A DNA stretch of 64,000 bases, taken from positions 88,288,001-88,352,000 of the forward strand of contig NC_042997.1 in the NCBI RefSeq assembly GCF_006345805.1, written 5' to 3'. Of this stretch, positions 63,192-64,000 are shown piece by piece. Within the stretch, counting starts at the first letter, position 1; every line of letters begins with the position of its first letter. The notes beneath the pieces were generated by a model. That model was not told where the DNA came from, made no database searches, and saw nothing but the letters and a program-made list of their open reading frames with translations. Origin of the DNA: Octopus sinensis (lineage: Eukaryota). The position numbers and the translations under genes were made by a program.

Positions 63192-64000
63192 TGCACGCAC
63201 ACCTACAGACTTAGATATACACACACACATGTGTATAGTGCATATGCTTGAGTGTAACTTTGTCTAGACATCTTGTAATGGTTGTAAATGAGTATCATTG
63301 TCATACAAGTGAAATAATTTATTTCTAGTCTTCCATGAAAATGCCTGGCCTTGGGAAATTTTACCTTGCTTGAGAACAGGTGAGGGTTAGTGAGGGGAAA
63401 AGTGGACATTAAAGAGGATGATGATGATGACAGTAATGTAGTGCATATATGCACCAAGTTGCACAGTAGCTAACTGAAACCTGTAGCTAGATGACAAAAT
63501 ACACTGCCATCATTAATACTTCAAGCGTTTTTGTTTAAGTTATTTTCATTCATTTTGTGAAAGTTTAGCAAATCAAACTAGCTGAAGAATAAACACCACT
63601 GTTGCAGTCACAAACACCTAAAAATTGAAATTGAATCACTATACAAAAACAATCAAACAACATGAATGCAATTTGCTCAAATATTGCTGATGTCATCAGA
63701 ACACTAACCATCTAGACTTCTGGTGCTTTTTCTGACAAGAGCATGTTATACATTTAGGGTATTTTAGCCACTAGCCTGCAGAAGCAAAGAGTAGACAAAC
63801 AGACCAAACTAGAGCAAGAGTCCATGAGACAGTAGCAGCACACACCTGACCATAGCACCAACGGATAGCAATTATTTTATTGTGGCAGTGACACAACCTA
63901 ACCAGCTAACTCCAAGAAACACATTACGGTGACTACTGTTAAACCTGATCCATCATTTCATATTAAATTCAGACTATCTTACTTGTGTAAACATCTTTTG

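Noticed and set aside
62887-64000. Next CNGB exon (S5)
   Set aside because: No acceptor followed by an S5-like frame found; probably 3' of the window.

Overview
AT-rich, microsatellite- and transposon-dense eukaryotic DNA. The repeat families look like Octopus (inferred from recognition, not searched). The window is internal to one + strand gene, a cyclic-nucleotide-gated channel beta subunit (CNGB/TAX-2 type). Four coding exons (8551-8759, 36660-36710, 53343-53435, 62822-62886; 418 nt) splice in frame through GT-AG introns of 27,900, 16,632 and 9,386 nt and encode S1 to just past S4. The gene's start and end lie outside the window. The introns hold a full-length dead mariner, an internally deleted RTE LINE, fragments of other LINE clades, hAT and maT transposase remnants, a Helitron, several MITEs with intact TSDs, and many tRNA-derived SINEs. 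Almost all listed ORFs are artefacts of microsatellites or TEs. The most interesting unexplained structure is potential dsRNA in the pre-mRNA: two SINEs inserted head-to-head at one AATATT palindrome next to the 51-nt exon, a ~450-nt foldback, and a second inverted SINE pair after exon 3. Also notable are a 548-bp local templated copy of a dead LINE segment and decayed hammerhead ribozyme cores. I found no clearly new multi-gene system.
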